Source of the DNA: Eledone cirrhosa
Lineage: Eukaryota
Direction: 5' to 3'
NCBI GenBank assembly: GCA_964016885.1
Contig: OZ024742.1
Span: forward strand, 163,308,001 to 163,372,000
DNA length: 64,000 nt
Shown: positions 15,301 to 30,600 of the stretch, in pieces
Numbering within the stretch: the stretch's first letter is position 1
How the letters are laid out: each line of letters opens with the position of its first letter
Program-made: the position numbers and the translations under genes
The notes under the pieces: generated by a model
What the model was told of the DNA's origin: nothing
What the model saw: the letters and a program-made list of their open reading frames with translations, nothing else
Databases searched by the model: none

Positions 15301-16500
15301 ATGAAATTTAAAATTTTACTAATTTTAGTAATTTTAGGAATTTTATAAATTTTAGGAATTTTAGGAAATTTAGGAATTTTAGGAATTTTAGGAATTTAGG
15401 AATTTTAGGAATTTTAGGAATTATAGGAATTTAAGGAATTTTTTGAATTTTAGGAATTTTAGGAATTTCTATGAATTTTAGGAATTTTAGGAATTTTAGG
15501 AATTTTAAGAATATTATGAATTTTATGAATTTTCGGAATTTTATGAATTTTAGTAATTTTAGGAATTTTAGGAATTTTATGAATTTTATGAATTTTATGA
15601 ATTTTATGAATTTTAGGATTTTTAGGAATTTTTTGAATTTTAGGAATTTTATGAATTTTATGAATTTTAAGAATTTTTGGAATTTTAGGAATTTTAGGAA
15701 TTTTAGGAATTTTTAGGAATTTTATGAATTTTATGAATCTTATGAATTTTTGGAATTTTTGGAATTTTAGGAATTTTAGCAATTTTTAGGAATTTTAGGA
15801 ATTTTAGGAATTTTAGGAATTTTAGGAATTTTTTGTAATTTTCAGAATTTTATGAATTTTTATGAATTTTATGAATTTTAGTAATTTTATGAATTTTAGG
15901 AATTTTATGAATTTTAAGGAATTTTAGGAATTTTATGAATTTTAGGATTTTTATGAATTTTTTGAATTTTATGAATTTTATGAATTTTGGGAATTTTAGG
16001 AATTTTAGGAATTTTAGGAATTTTGGGAATTTTATGAATTTTATAAATTTTTGGAATTTTAGGAATTTTAGGAATTTTAGGAATTTTCAGAATTTTCGGA
16101 ATTTTAGTAATTTTTTGGAATTTTAGGAATTTTATGAATTTTTATGAATTTTATGAATTTTATCAATTTTATGAATTTCATGAATTTTATGAATTTTATG
16201 AATTTTAGGAATTTTAATAATTTTTGGAATTTTAGGAATTTTGGGAATTTTAGGAATTTTTTGAATTTCTTGGAATTTTATGAATTTTTATGAATTTTAT
16301 GAATTTTATGAATTTTATGAATTTTTAGGAATTTTCTGAATTTTCTGAATTATATAAATTTTAGGAATCTTAAGAATTTTAGGAATTTTAGGAATTTTAT
16401 GAAATTCAAGAATTTTAGGAATTTTTTGAATTTTATGAATTTTAGTAATTTTTTGGAATTTTCGTAATTTTATGAATTTTTATGAATTTTATGAATTTTA
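12250..16500 (+). repeat. Tandem higher-order duplication, ~2.15-kb period, two copies
   Basis: GAATTGTAGG occurs at 12381 and 14533 (+2152), and GGTATCTTAGG at 12985 and 15146 (+2161). ORF pairs start at 12714/14866, 13319/15471 and 13793/15935. Confidence 0.9.
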
Positions 16501-18680
16501 TGAATTTTATGAATTTTATGAATTTTATGAATTTTAGGAATTTTGTAAATTTTATGAATTTTATGAATTTTATGAATTTTTGGAATTTTAGGAATTTTAG
16601 GAATCTTAGGAATTTTATGAACTTTTTGAATTTTAGGAATTTTAATTTTATGAATTTTTGGAATTTGAGGAATTTTAGGAATTTTATGAATTTTAGGAAT
16701 TTTACGAATTTTAGTAATTTTAGGAATTTTATAAATTTTAGGAATTTTAGGAATTTTATGAATTATATAAATTTTAGGAATTTTAGGAATATAGGAATTT
16801 TAGGAATTTTATAAATTTTATGAATTTTATGAATTTTAGGAATTTTAGGAATTTTAATAATTTTAGGAATTTTAGGAATTTTAGGAATTTTTGGAATTTT
16901 GGGAATTTTAGGAATTTTATGAATTTTAGGAATTTTACGAATTTTAGTAATTTTAGGAATTTTAGGAATTTTATGAATTATATAAATTTTAGGAATTTTA
17001 GTAATCTTAAGAATTTTAGGAATTTTATGAATTTTATGAAATTTAAGAATGTTAGGAATTTTTTGAATTTTTTGAATTTTAGGAATTTTAGGAATTTTTC
17101 CGAATTTTCGTAATTTTATGAATTTTTATGAATTTTATGAATTTTATGAATTTTATGAAATTTAAAATTTTACTAATTTTAGTAATTTTAGGAATTTTAT
17201 AAATTTTAGGAATTTTAGGAATTTTAGGAATTTTAGGAATTTTAGGAATTTAGGAATTTTAGGAATTTTATGAATTTTTATGAATTTTATGAATTTTAGT
17301 AATTTTATGAATTTTATGAATTTTATGAATTTTAAGGAATTTTAGGAATTTTATGAATTTTAGGATTTTTATGAATTTTTTGAATTTTATGAATTTTATG
17401 AATTTTGGGAATTTTAGGAATTTTAGGAATTTTAGGAATTTTTGGAATTTTATGAATTTTATAAATTTTTGGAATTTTAGGAATTTTAGGAATTTTAGGA
17501 ATTTTCAGAATTTTCGGAATTTTAGTAATTTTTTGGAATTTTAGGAATTTTATGAATTTTTATGAATTTTATGAATTTTATGAATTTTATGAATTTCATG
17601 AATTTTATGAATTTTATGAATTTTAGGAATTTTAATAATTTTTGGAATTTTAGGAATTTTGGGAATTTTAGGAATTTTTTGAATTTCTTGGAATTTTATG
17701 AATTTTTATGAATTTTATGAATTTTATGAATTTTATGAATTTTTAGGAATTTTCTGAATTTTCTGAATTATATAAATTTTAGGAATCTTAAGAATTTTAG
17801 GAATTTTAGGAATTTTATGAAATTCAAGAATTTTATGAATTTTTTGAATTTTATGAATTTTAGTAATTTTTTGGAATTTTCGTAATTTTATGAATTTTTA
17901 TGAATTTTATGAATTTTATGAATTTTATGAATTTTATGAATTTTAGGAATTTTAGGAATTTTGTAAATTTTATGAATTTTATGAATTTTATGAATTTTTG
18001 GAATTTTAGGAATTTTAGGAATCTTAGGAATTTTATGAACTTTTTGAATTTTAGGAATTTTAATTTTATGAATTTTTGGAATTTGATGAATTTTAGGAAT
18101 TTTATGAATTTTAGGAATTTTACGAATTTTAGTAATTTTAGGAATATTATAAATTTTAGGAATTTTAGGAATTTTATGAATTATATAAATTTTAGGAATT
18201 TTAGGAATATAGGAATTTTAGGAATTTTATAAATTTTATGAATTTTATGAATTTTAGGAATTTTAGGAATTTTAATAATTTTAGGAATTTTAGGAATTTT
18301 TGGAATTTTGGGAATTTTAGGAATTTTATGAATTTTAGGAATTTTACGAATTTTAGTAATTTTAGGAATTTTAGGAATTTTATGAATTATATAAATTTTA
18401 GGAATTTTAGGAATCTTAGGAATTTTAGGAATTTTATGAATTTTATGAAATTTAAGAATCTTAGGAATTTTTTGAATTTTTTGAATTTTAGGAATTTTAG
18501 GAATTTTTCCGAATTTTCGTAATTTTATGAATTTTTAGGAATTTTATGAATTTTATGAATTTTATGAAATTTAAAATTTTACTAATTTTAGTAATTTTAG
18601 GAATTTTATAAATTTTAGGAATTTTAGGAATTTTAGGAATTTTAGGAATTTTAGGAATTTAGGAATTTTAGGAATTTTAG
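15850..18680 (+). repeat. Tandem higher-order duplication, ~1.42-kb period, overlapping the previous one
   Basis: Near-identical ORF pairs start at 15935/17353, 16482/17900 and 16820/18238, all offset by 1418. Confidence 0.85.
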
Positions 18681-21600
18681 GAATTTTAGGAATTTTAGGA
18701 ATTTAAGGAATTTTTTGAATTTAGGAATTTTAGGAATTTCTATGAATTTTAGGAATTTTAGGAATTTTAGGAATTTTAAGAATTTTATGAATTTTATGAA
18801 TTTTTGGAATTTTAGGAATTTTATGAATTTTTTGGAATTTTCGGAATTTTATGAATTTTTTGAATTTTTATGAATTTTATGAATTTTATGAATTTTATGA
18901 ATTTTAGGAATTTTTTGAATTTTATGAATTTTATGAATTTTAGGATTTTTATGAATTTTTTGAATTTTAGGAATTTTAGGAATTTTAGGAATTTTTGGAA
19001 TTTGATGAATTTTAGGAACATTAGAAATGTTATGAATTTTAGGAATTTTATGAATTTTATGAATTTTAGGAATTTTAGGAATTTTATGACTTTTTAGGAA
19101 TTTTAGGAATTTTAGGAATTTTATGAATTTTAGGAATTTTAGGAATTTTAGGAATTTTAGGAATTTTTTGGAATTTTCAGAATTTTATGAATTTTTATGA
19201 ATTTTATGAATTTTAGTAATTTTATGAATTTTAGGAATTTTATGAATTTTAAGGAATTTTAGGAATTTTAGGAATTTTAGGATTTTTATGAATTTTTTGA
19301 ATTTTATGAATGTTATGAATTTTTGGAATTTTAGGAATTTTAGGAATTTTAGGAATTTTTGGAATTTTATGAATTTTATAAATTGTTGGAATTTTAGGAA
19401 TTTTAGGAATTTTAGGAATTTTAAGAATTTTCGGAATTTTAGTAATTTTTTGGAATTTTCGGAATTTTATGAATTTTTATGAATTTTATGAATTTTATGA
19501 ATTTTATGAATTTTATGGATTTTATGAATTTTAGGAATTTTAGGAATTTTAATAATTTTAGGAATTTTAGGAATTTTGGGAATTTTAGGAATTTTTTGAA
19601 TTTCTTGGAATTTTATGAATTTTTCTGAATTTTATGAATTTTATGAATTTTATGAATTTTTAGGAATTTTCTGAATTTTCTGAATTATATAAATTTTAGG
19701 AATCTTAGGAATTTTAGGAGTTTTAGGAATTTTATGAAATTCAAGAATTTTAGGAATTTTTAGAATTTTATGAATTTTAGTAATTTTTTGGAATTTTCGT
19801 AATTTTATGAATTTTTATGAATTTTATGAATTTTATGAATTTTATGAATTTTATGAATTTTATGAATTTTAGGAATTTTATGAATTTTAGGAATTTTATA
19901 AATTTTATGAATTTTATGAATTTTAGGAATTTTAGGAATTTTAATAATTTTAGGAATTTTAGGAATTTTGGGAATTTTGGGAATTTTAGGAATTTTAGGA
20001 ATTTTAGGAATTTTAGGAATTTTACGAATTTTAGTAATTTTAGGAATTTTATAAATTTTACAAATTTTAGGAATTTTATGAATTATATAAATTTTAGGAA
20101 TTTTAGGAATCTTAGGAATTTTAGGAATTTTATAAATTTTAGGAATTTTATAAATTTTATGAATTTTATGAATTTTAGGAATTTTAGGAATTTTAATAAT
20201 TTTAGGAATTTTAGGAATTTTTGGAATTTTGGGAATTTTAGGAATTTTAGGAATTTTAGGAATTTTAAGAATTTTAAGAATTTTAGGAATTTTATGAATT
20301 TTAGGAATTTTAAGAATTTTAGGAATTTTAGGAAATTTAGGAATTTTTTGAATTTCTTGGAATGTTATGAATTTTTATGAATTTTATGAATTTTATGAAT
20401 TTTATGAATTTTATGAATTTTTGGAATTTTAGGAATTGTAGGAATCTTAGGAATTTTATGAATTTTATGAATTTTATGAAATTTAAAATTTTACGAATTT
20501 TATTAATTTTAGGAATTTTATAAATTTTAGGAATTTTAGGAATTTTAGGAATTTTAGGAATTTTAGGAATTTAGGAATTTTAGGAATTTTAGGAATTTTA
20601 GGAATTTTAGGGATTTCTATGAATTTTAGGAATTTTAGGAATTTTAGGAATTTTTAGGAATTTTAGGAATTTTAGGAATTTTATGAATTTTTGGAATTTT
20701 AGGAATTTTAGGAATTTTATGAATTTTTTGGAATTTTCAGAATTTTATGAATTTTTATGAATTTTATGAATTTTAGTAATTTTATGAATTTTAGGAATTT
20801 TATGAATTTTAAGGAATTTTAGGAATTTTATGAATTTTAGGATTTTTATGAATTTTTTGAATTTTAGGAATTTTAGGAATTTTAGGAATTTTAGGAATTT
20901 TATGAATTTTATGAATTTTTGGAATTTTAGGAATTTTAGGAATTTTAGGAATTTTTGGAATTTTATGAATTTTATGAATTTTTTGGAATTTTATGAATTT
21001 TAGGAATTTTAGGAATTTTAAGAATTTTCGGAATTTTAGTAATTTTGGGGAATTTTCGGAATTTTATGAATTTTTATGAATTTTATGAATTTTATGAATT
21101 TTATGAATTTTATGAATTTTATGAATTTTATGAATTTTAGGAATTTTAATAATTTTAGGAATTTTAGGAATTTTGGGAATTTTAGGAATTTTTTGAATTT
21201 CTTGGAATTTTATAAATTTTTATGAATTTTATGAATTTTATGAATTTTATGAATTTTTAGGAATTTTCTGAATTTTCTGAATTATATAAATTTTAGGAAT
21301 CTTAGGAATTTTAGGAATTTTATAAATTTTATGAATTTTATGAATTTTAGGAATTTTAGGAATTTTAATAATTTTAGGAATTTTTGGAATTTTTGGAATT
21401 TTGGGAATTTTAGGAATTTTAGGAATTTTAGGAATTTTAAGAATTTTATGAATTTTATGAATTTTAGGAATTTTAAGAATTTTAGGAATTTTAGGAAATT
21501 TAGGAATTTTTTGAATTTCTTGGAATTTTATGAATTTTTATGAATTTTATGAATTTTATGAATTTTATGAATTTTATGAATTTTTGGAATTTTAGGAATT

Positions 21601-24600
21601 GTAGGAATCTTAGGAATTTTATGAACTTTTTGAATTTTAGGAATTTTAATTTTATGAATTTTTGGAATTTGAGGAATTTTAGGAATTTTATGAATTTTAG
21701 GAATTTTAGGAATTTTAGGAATTTTAGGAATTTTATAAATTTTAGGAATTTTATGAATTTTATGAATTATATAAATTTTAGGAATTTTAGGAATCTTAGG
21801 AATTTTAGGAATTTTATGAATTTTATGAAATTTAAGAATCTTAGGAGTTTTTTGAATTTTTTGAATTTTAGGAATTTTAGGAATTTTTCCGAATTTTCGT
21901 AATTTTATGAATTTTTAGGAATTTTATGAATTTTATGAATTTTATGAAATTTAAAATTTTACTAATTTTAGTAATTTTAGGAATTTTATAAATTTTAGGA
22001 ATTTTAGGAATTTTAGGAATTTTAGGAATTTTAGGAATTTAGGAATTTTACGAATTTTAGGAATTATAGGAATTTAAGGAATTTTTTGAATTTTAGGAAT
22101 TTTAGGAATTTCTATGAATTTTAGGAATTTTAGGAATTTTAGGAATTTTAAGAATATTATGAATTTTATGAATTTTTGGAATTTTAGGAATTTTAGGAAT
22201 TTTAGGAATTTTTTGGAATTTTCGGAATTTTATGAATTTTTAGGAATTTTAGGAATTTTCGGAATTTTATGAATTTTAGTAATTTTATGAATTTTATGAA
22301 TTTTAGGAATTTTATGAATTTTATGAATTTTATGAATTTTAGGATTTTTAGGAATTTTTTGAATTTTAGGAATTTTATGAATTTTATGAATTTTAAGAAT
22401 TTTTGGAATTTTAGGAATTTTAGGAATTTTAGGAATTTTTAGGAATTTTATGAATTTTATGAATTTTATGAATTTTTTGAATTTTTGGAATTTTAGGAAT
22501 TTTAGGAATTTTAGCAATTTTTAGGAATTTTAGGAATCTTAGGAATTTTAGGAATTTTAGGAATTTTAGGAATTTTTTGGAATTTTCAGAATTTTATGAA
22601 TTTTTATGAATTTTATGAATTTTAGTAATTTTATGAATTTTAGGAATTTTATGAATTTTAAGGAATTTTAGGAATTTTATGAATTTTAGGATTTTTATGA
22701 ATTTTTTGAATTTTATGGATTTTATGAATTTTGGGAATTTTAGGAATTTTAGGAATTTTAGGAATTATATAAATTTTAGGAATTTTAGTAATCTTAAGAA
22801 TTTTAGGAATTTTATGAATTTTATGAAATTTAAGAATGTTAGGAATTTTTTGAATTTTTTGAATTTTAGGAATTTTAGGAATTTTTCCGAATTTTCGTAA
22901 TTTTATGAATTTTTATGAATTTTATGAATTTTATGAATTTTATGAAATTTAAAATTTTACTAATTTTAGTAATTTTAGGAATTTTATAAATTTTAGGAAT
23001 TTTAGGAATTTTAGGAATTTTAGGAATTTTAGGAATTTAGGAATTTTAGGAATTTTATGAATTTTTATGAATTTTATGAATTTTAGTAATTTTATGAATT
23101 TTAGGAATTTTATGAATTTTAAGGAATTTTAGGAATTTTATGAATTTTAGGATTTTTATGAATTTTTTGAATTTTATGAATTTTATGAATTTTGGGAATT
23201 TTAGGAATTTTAGGAATTTTAGGAATTTTTGGAATTTTATGAATTTTATAAATTTTTGGAATTTTAGGAATTTTAGGAATTTTAGGAATTTTCAGAATTT
23301 TCGGAATTTTAGTAATTTTTTGGAATTTTAGGAATCTTATGAATTTTTATGAATTTTATGAATTTTATGAATTTTATGAATTTCATGAATTTTATGAATT
23401 TTATGAATTTTAGGAATTTTAATAATTTTTGGAATTTTAGGAATTTTGGGAATTTTAGGAATTTTTTGAATTTCTTGGAATTTTATGAATTTTTATGAAT
23501 TTTATGAATTTTATGAATTTTATGAATTTTTAGGAATTTTCTGAATTTTCTGAATTATATAAATTTTAGGAATCTTAAGAATTTTAGGAATTTTAGGAAT
23601 TTTATGAAATTCAAGAATTTTATGAATTTTTTGAATTTTATGAATTTTAGTAATTTTTTGGAATTTTCGTAATTTTATGAATTTTTATGAATTTTATGAA
23701 TTTTATGAATTTTATGAATTTTATGAATTTTAGGAATTTTAGGAATTTTGTAAATTTTATGAATTTTATGAATTTTATGAATTTTTGGAATTTTAGGAAT
23801 TTTAGGAATCTTAGGAATTTTATGAACTTTTTGAATTTTAGGAATTTTAATTTTATGAATTTTTGGAATTTGATGAATTTTAGGAATTTTATGAATTTTA
23901 GGAATTTTACGAATTTTAGTAATTTTAGGAATATTATAAATTTTAGGAATTTTAGGAATTTTATGAATTATATAAATTTTAGGAATTTTAGGAATATAGG
24001 AATTTTAGGAATTTTATAAATTTTATGAATTTTATGAATTTTAGGAATTTTAGGAATTTTAATAATTTTAGGAATTTTAGGAATTTTTGGAATTTTGGGA
24101 ATTTTAGGAATTTTATGAATTTTATGAATTTTACGAATTTTAGTAATTTTAGGAATTTTAGGAATTTTATGAATTATATGAATTTTATGAAATTTAAAAT
24201 TTTACTAATTTTAGTAATTTTAGGAATTTTATAAATTTTAGGAATTTTAGGAATTTTAGGAATTTTAGGAATTTTAGGAATTTAGGAATTTTAGGAATTT
24301 TAGGAATTTTAGGAATTTTAGGAATTTTAGGAATTTAAGGAATTTTTTGAATTTAGGAATTTTAGGAATTTCTATGAATTTTAGGAATTTTAGGAATTTT
24401 AGGAATTTTAAGAATTTTATGAATTTTATGAATTTTTGGAATTTTAGGAATTTTAGGAATTTTTTGGAATTTTCGGAATTTTATGAATTTTTTGAATTTT
24501 TATGAATTTTATGAATTTTATGAATTTTATGAATTTTAGGAATTTTTTGAATTTTATGAATTTTATGAATTTTAGGATTTTTATGAATTTTTTGAATTTT

Positions 24601-27600
24601 AGGAATTTTAGGAATTTTAGGAATTTTTGGAATTTGATGAATTTTAGGAACATTAGAAATGTTATGAATTTTAGGAATTTTATGAATTTTATGAATTTTA
24701 GGAATTTTAGGAATTTTAGGACTTTTTAGGAATTTTAGGAATTTTAGGAATTTTAGGAATTTTTGGAATTTTAGGAATTTTAGGAATTTTAGGAATTTTT
24801 TGGAATTTTCAGAATTTTATGAATTTTTATGAATTTTATGAATTTTAGTAATTTTATGAATTTTAGGAATTTTATGAATTTTAAGGAATTTTAGGAATTT
24901 TAGGAATTTTAGGATTTTTATGAATTTTTTTAATTTTATGAATGTTATGAATTTTTGGAATTTTAGGAATTTTAGGAATTTTAGGAATTTTTGGAATTTT
25001 ATGAATTTTATAAATTGTTGGAATTTTAGGAATTTTAGGAATTTTAGGAATTTTAAGAATTTTCGGAATTTTAGTAATTTTTTGGAATTTTCGGAATTTT
25101 ATGAATTTTTATGAATTTTATGAATTTTATGAATTTTATGAATTTTATGAATTTTATGAATTTTAGGAATTTTAGGAATTTTAATAATTTTAGGAATTTT
25201 AGGAATTTTGGGAATTTTAGGAATTTTTTGAATTTCTTGGAATTTTATGAATTTTTCTGAATTTTATGGATTTTATGAATTTTATGAATTTTTAGGAATT
25301 TTCTGAATTTTCTGAATTATATAAATTTTAGGAATCTTAGGAATTTTAGGAGTTTTAGGAATTTTATGAAATTCAAGAATTTTAGGAATTTTTAGAATTT
25401 TATGAATTTTAGTAATTTTTTGGAATTTTCGTAATTTTATGAATTTTTATGAATTTTATGAATTTTATGAATTTTATGAATTTTATGAATTTTATGAATT
25501 TTAGGAATTTTAGGAATTTTAATAATTTTAGGAATTTTAGGAATTTTTGGAATTTTGGGAATTTTAGGAATTTTATGAATTTTAGGAATTTTACGAATTT
25601 TAGTAATTTTAGGAATTTTAGGAATTTTATGAATTATATAAATTTTAGGAATTTTAGGAATCTTAGGAATTTTAGGAATTTTATGAATTTTATGAAATTT
25701 AAGAATCTTAGGAATTTTTTGAATTTTTTGAATTTTAGGAATTTTAGGAATTTTTCCGAATTTTCGTAATTTTATGAATTTTTAGGAATTTTATGAATTT
25801 TATGAATTTTATGAAATTTAAAATTTTACTAATTTTAGTAATTTTAGGAATTTTATAAATTTTAGGAATTTTAGGAATTTTAGGAATTTTAGGAATTTTA
25901 GGAATTTAGGAATTTTAGGAATTTTAGGAATTTTAGGAATTTTAGGAATTTAAGGAATTTTTTGAATTTAGGAATTTTAGGAATTTCTATGAATTTTAGG
26001 AATTTTAGGAATTTTAGGAATTTTAAGAATTTTATGAATTTTATGAATTTTTGGAATTTTAGGAATTTTATGAATTTTTTGGAATTTTCGGAATTTTATG
26101 AATTTTTTGAATTTTTATGAATTTTATGAATTTTATGAATTTTATGAATTTTAGGAATTTTTTGAATTTTATGAATTTTATGAATTTTAGGATTTTTATG
26201 AATTTTTTGAATTTTAGGAATTTTAGGAATTTTAGGAATTTTTGGAATTTGATGAATTTTAGGAACATTAGAAATGTTATGAATTTTAGGAATTTTATGA
26301 ATTTTATGAATTTTAGGAATTTTAGGAATTTTATGACTTTTTAGGAATTTTAGGAATTTTAGGAATTTTATGAATTTTTGGAATTTTAGGAATTTTAGGA
26401 ATTTTAGGAATTTTTTGGAATTTTCAGAATTTTATGAATTTTTATGAATTTTATGAATTTTAGTAATTTTATGAATTTTATGAATTTTATGAATTTTAAG
26501 GAATTTTAGGAATTTTAGGAATTTTAGGATTTTTATGAATTTTTTGAATTTTATGAATGTTATGAATTTTTGGAATTTTAGGAATTTTAGGAATTTTAGG
26601 AATTTTTGGAATTTTATGAATTTTATAAATTGTTGGAATTTTAGGAATTTTAGGAATTTTAGGAATTTTAAGAATTTTCGGAATTTTAGTAATTTTTTGG
26701 AATTTTCGGAATTTTATGAATTTTTATGAATTTTATGAATTTTATGAATTTTATGAATTTTATGGATTTTATGAATTTTAGGAATTTTAGGAATTTTAAT
26801 AATTTTAGGAATTTTAGGAATTTTGGGAATTTTAGGAATTTTTTGAATTTCTTGGAATTTTATGAATTTTTCTGAATTTTATGAATTTTATGAATTTTAT
26901 GAATTTTTAGGAATTTTCTGAATTTTCTGAATTATATAAATTTTAGGAATCTTAGGAATTTTAGGAGTTTTAGGAATTTTATGAAATTCAAGAATTTTAG
27001 GAATTTTTAGAATTTTATGAATTTTAGTAATTTTTTGGAATTTTCGTAATTTTATGAATTTTTATGAATTTTATGAATTTTATGAATTTTATGAATTTTA
27101 TGAATTTTATGAATTTTAGGAATTTTATGAATTTTAGGAATTTTATAAATTTTATGAATTTTATGAATTTTAGGAATTTTAGGAATTTTAATAATTTTAG
27201 GAATTTTAGGAATTTTGGGAATTTTGGGAATTTTAGGAATTTTAGGAATTTTAGGAATTTTACGAATTTTACGAATTTTAGTAATTTTAGGAATTTTATA
27301 AATTTTACAAATTTTAGGAATTTTATGAATTATATAAATTTTAGGAATTTTAGGAATCTTAGGAATTTTAGGAATTTTATAAATTTTAGGAATTTTATAA
27401 ATTTTATGAATTTTATGAATTTTAGGAATTTTAGGAATTTTAATAATTTTAGGAATTTTAGGAATTTTTGGAATTTTGGGAATTTTAGGAATTTTAGGAA
27501 TTTTAGGAATTTTAAGAATTTTAAGAATTTTAGGAATTTTATGAATTTTAGGAATTTTAAGAATTTTAGGAATTTTAGGAAATTTAGGAATTTTTTGAAT

Positions 27601-30600
27601 TTCTTGGAATGTTATGAATTTTTATGAATTTTATGAATTTTATGAATTTTATGAATTTTATGAATTTTTGGAATTTTAGGAATTGTAGGAATCTTAGGAA
27701 TTTTATGAATTTTATGAATTTTATGAAATTTAAAATTTTACGAATTTTATTAATTTTAGGAATTTTATAAATTTTAGGAATTTTAGGAATTTTAGGAATT
27801 TTAGGAATTTTAGGAATTTAGGAATTTTAGGAATTTTAGGAATTTTAGGAATTTTAGGGATTTCTATGAATTTTAGGAATTTTAGGAATTTTAGGAATTT
27901 TTAGGAATTTTAGGAATTTTAGGAATTTTATGAATTTTTGGAATTTTAGGAATTTTAGGAATTTTATGAATTTTTTGGAATTTTCAGAATTTTATGAATT
28001 TTTATGAATTTTATGAATTTTAGTAATTTTATGAATTTTAGGAATTTTATGAATTTTAAGGAATTTTAGGAATTTTATGAATTTTAGGATTTTTATGAAT
28101 TTTTTGAATTTTAGGAATTTTAGGAATTTTAGGAATTTTAGGAATTTTATGAATTTTATGAATTTTTGGAATTTTAGGAATTTTAGGAATTTTAGGAATT
28201 TTTGGAATTTTATGAATTTTATGAATTTTTTGGAATTTTAGGAATTTTAGGAATTTTAGGAATTTTAAGAATTTTCGGAATTTTAGTAATTTTGGGGAAT
28301 TTTCGGAATTTTATGAATTTTTATGAATTTTATGAATTTTATGAATTTTATGAATTTTATGAATTTTATGAATTTTATGAATTTTAGGAATTTTAATAAT
28401 TTTAGGAATTTTAGGAATTTTGGGAATTTTAGGAATTTTTTGAATTTCTTGGAATTTTATAAATTTTTATGAATTTTATGAATTTTATGAATTTTATGAA
28501 TTTTTAGGAATTTTCTGAATTTTCTGAATTATATAAATTTTAGGAATCTTAGGAATTTTAGGAATTTTATAAATTTTATGAATTTTATGAATTTTAGGAA
28601 TTTTAGGAATTTTAATAATTTTAGGAATTTTTGGAATTTTTGGAATTTTGGGAATTTTAGGAATTTTAGGAATTTTAGGAATTTTAAGAATTTTATGAAT
28701 TTTATGAATTTTAGGAATTTTAAGAATTTTAGGAATTTTAGGAAATTTAGGAATTTTTTGAATTTCTTGGAATTTTATGAATTTTTATGAATTTTATGAA
28801 TTTTATGAATTTTATGAATTTTATGAATTTTTGGAATTTTAGGAATTGTAGGAATCTTAGGAATTTTATGAACTTTTTGAATTTTAGCAATTTTAATTTT
28901 ATGAATTTTTGGAATTTGAGGAATTTTAGGAATTTTATGAATTTTAGGAATTTTAGGAATTTTAGGAATTTTAGGAATTTTATAAATTTTAGGAATTTTA
29001 TGAATTTTATGAATTATATAAATTTTAGGAATTTTAGGAATCTTAGGAATTTTAGGAATTTTATGAATTTTATGAAATTTAAGAATCTTAGGAGTTTTTT
29101 GAATTTTTTGAATTTTAGGAATTTTAGGAATTTTTCCGAATTTTCGTAATTTTATGAATTTTATGAAATTTAAAATTTTACTAATTTTAGTAATTTTAGG
29201 AATTTTATAAATTTTAGGAATTTTAGGAATTTTAGGAATTTTAGGAATTTTAGGAATTTAGGAATTTTACGAATTTTAGGAATTATAGGAATTTAAGGAA
29301 TTTTTTGAATTTTAGGAATTTTAGGAATTTCTATGAATTTTAGGAATTTTAGGAATTTTAGGAATTTTAAGAATATTATGAATTTTATGAATTTTTGGAA
29401 TTTTAGGAATTTTAGGAATTTTAGGAATTTTTTGGAATTTTCGGAATTTTATGAATTTTTAGGAATTTTAGGAATTTTCGGAATTTTATGAATTTTAGTA
29501 ATTTTATGAATTTTATGAATTTTAGGAATTTTATGAATTTTATGAATTTTATGAATTTTAGGATTTTTAGGAATTTTTTGAATTTTAGGAATTTTATGAA
29601 TTTTATGAATTTTAAGAATTTTTGGAATTTTAGGAATTTTAGGAATTTTAGGAATTTTTAGGAATTTTATGAATTTTATGAATTTTATGAATTTTTTGAA
29701 TTTTTGGAATTTTAGGAATTTTAGGAATTTTAGCAATTTTTAGGAATTTTAGGAATCTTAGGAATTTTAGGAATTTTAGGAATTTTAGGAATTTTTTGGA
29801 ATTTTCAGAATTTTATGAATTTTTATGAATTTTATGAATTTTAGTAATTTTATGAATTTTAGGAATTTTATGAATTTTAAGGAATTTTAGGAATTTTATG
29901 AATTTTAGGATTTTTATGAATTTTTTGAATTTTATGGATTTTATGAATTTTATGAATTTTAGGAATTTTAGGAATTTTAGGAATTATATAAATTTTAGGA
30001 ATTTTAGTAATCTTAAGAATTTTAGGAATTTTATGAATTTTATGAAATTTAAGAATGTTAGGAATTTTTTGAATTTTTTGAATTTTAGGAATTTTAGGAA
30101 TTTTTCCGAATTTTCGTAATTTTATGAATTTTTATGAATTTTATGAATTTTATGAATTTTATGAAATTTAAAATTTTACTAATTTTAGTAATTTTAGGAA
30201 TTTTATAAATTTTAGGAATTTTAGGAATTTTAGGAATTTTAGGAATTTTAGGAATTTAGGAATTTTAGGAATTTTATGAATTTTTATGAATTTTATGAAT
30301 TTTAGTAATTTTATGAATTTTAGGAATTTTATGAATTTTAAGGAATTTTAGGAATTTTATGAATTTTAGGATTTTTATGAATTTTTTGAATTTTATGAAT
30401 TTTATGAATTTTGGGAATTTTAGGAATTTTAGGAATTTTAGGAATTTTTGGAATTTTATGAATTTTATAAATTTTTGGAATTTTAGGAATTTTAGGAATT
30501 TTAGGAATTTTCAGAATTTTCGGAATTTTAGTAATTTTTTGGAATTTTAGGAATCTTATGAATTTTTATGAATTTTATGAATTTTATGAATTTTATGAAT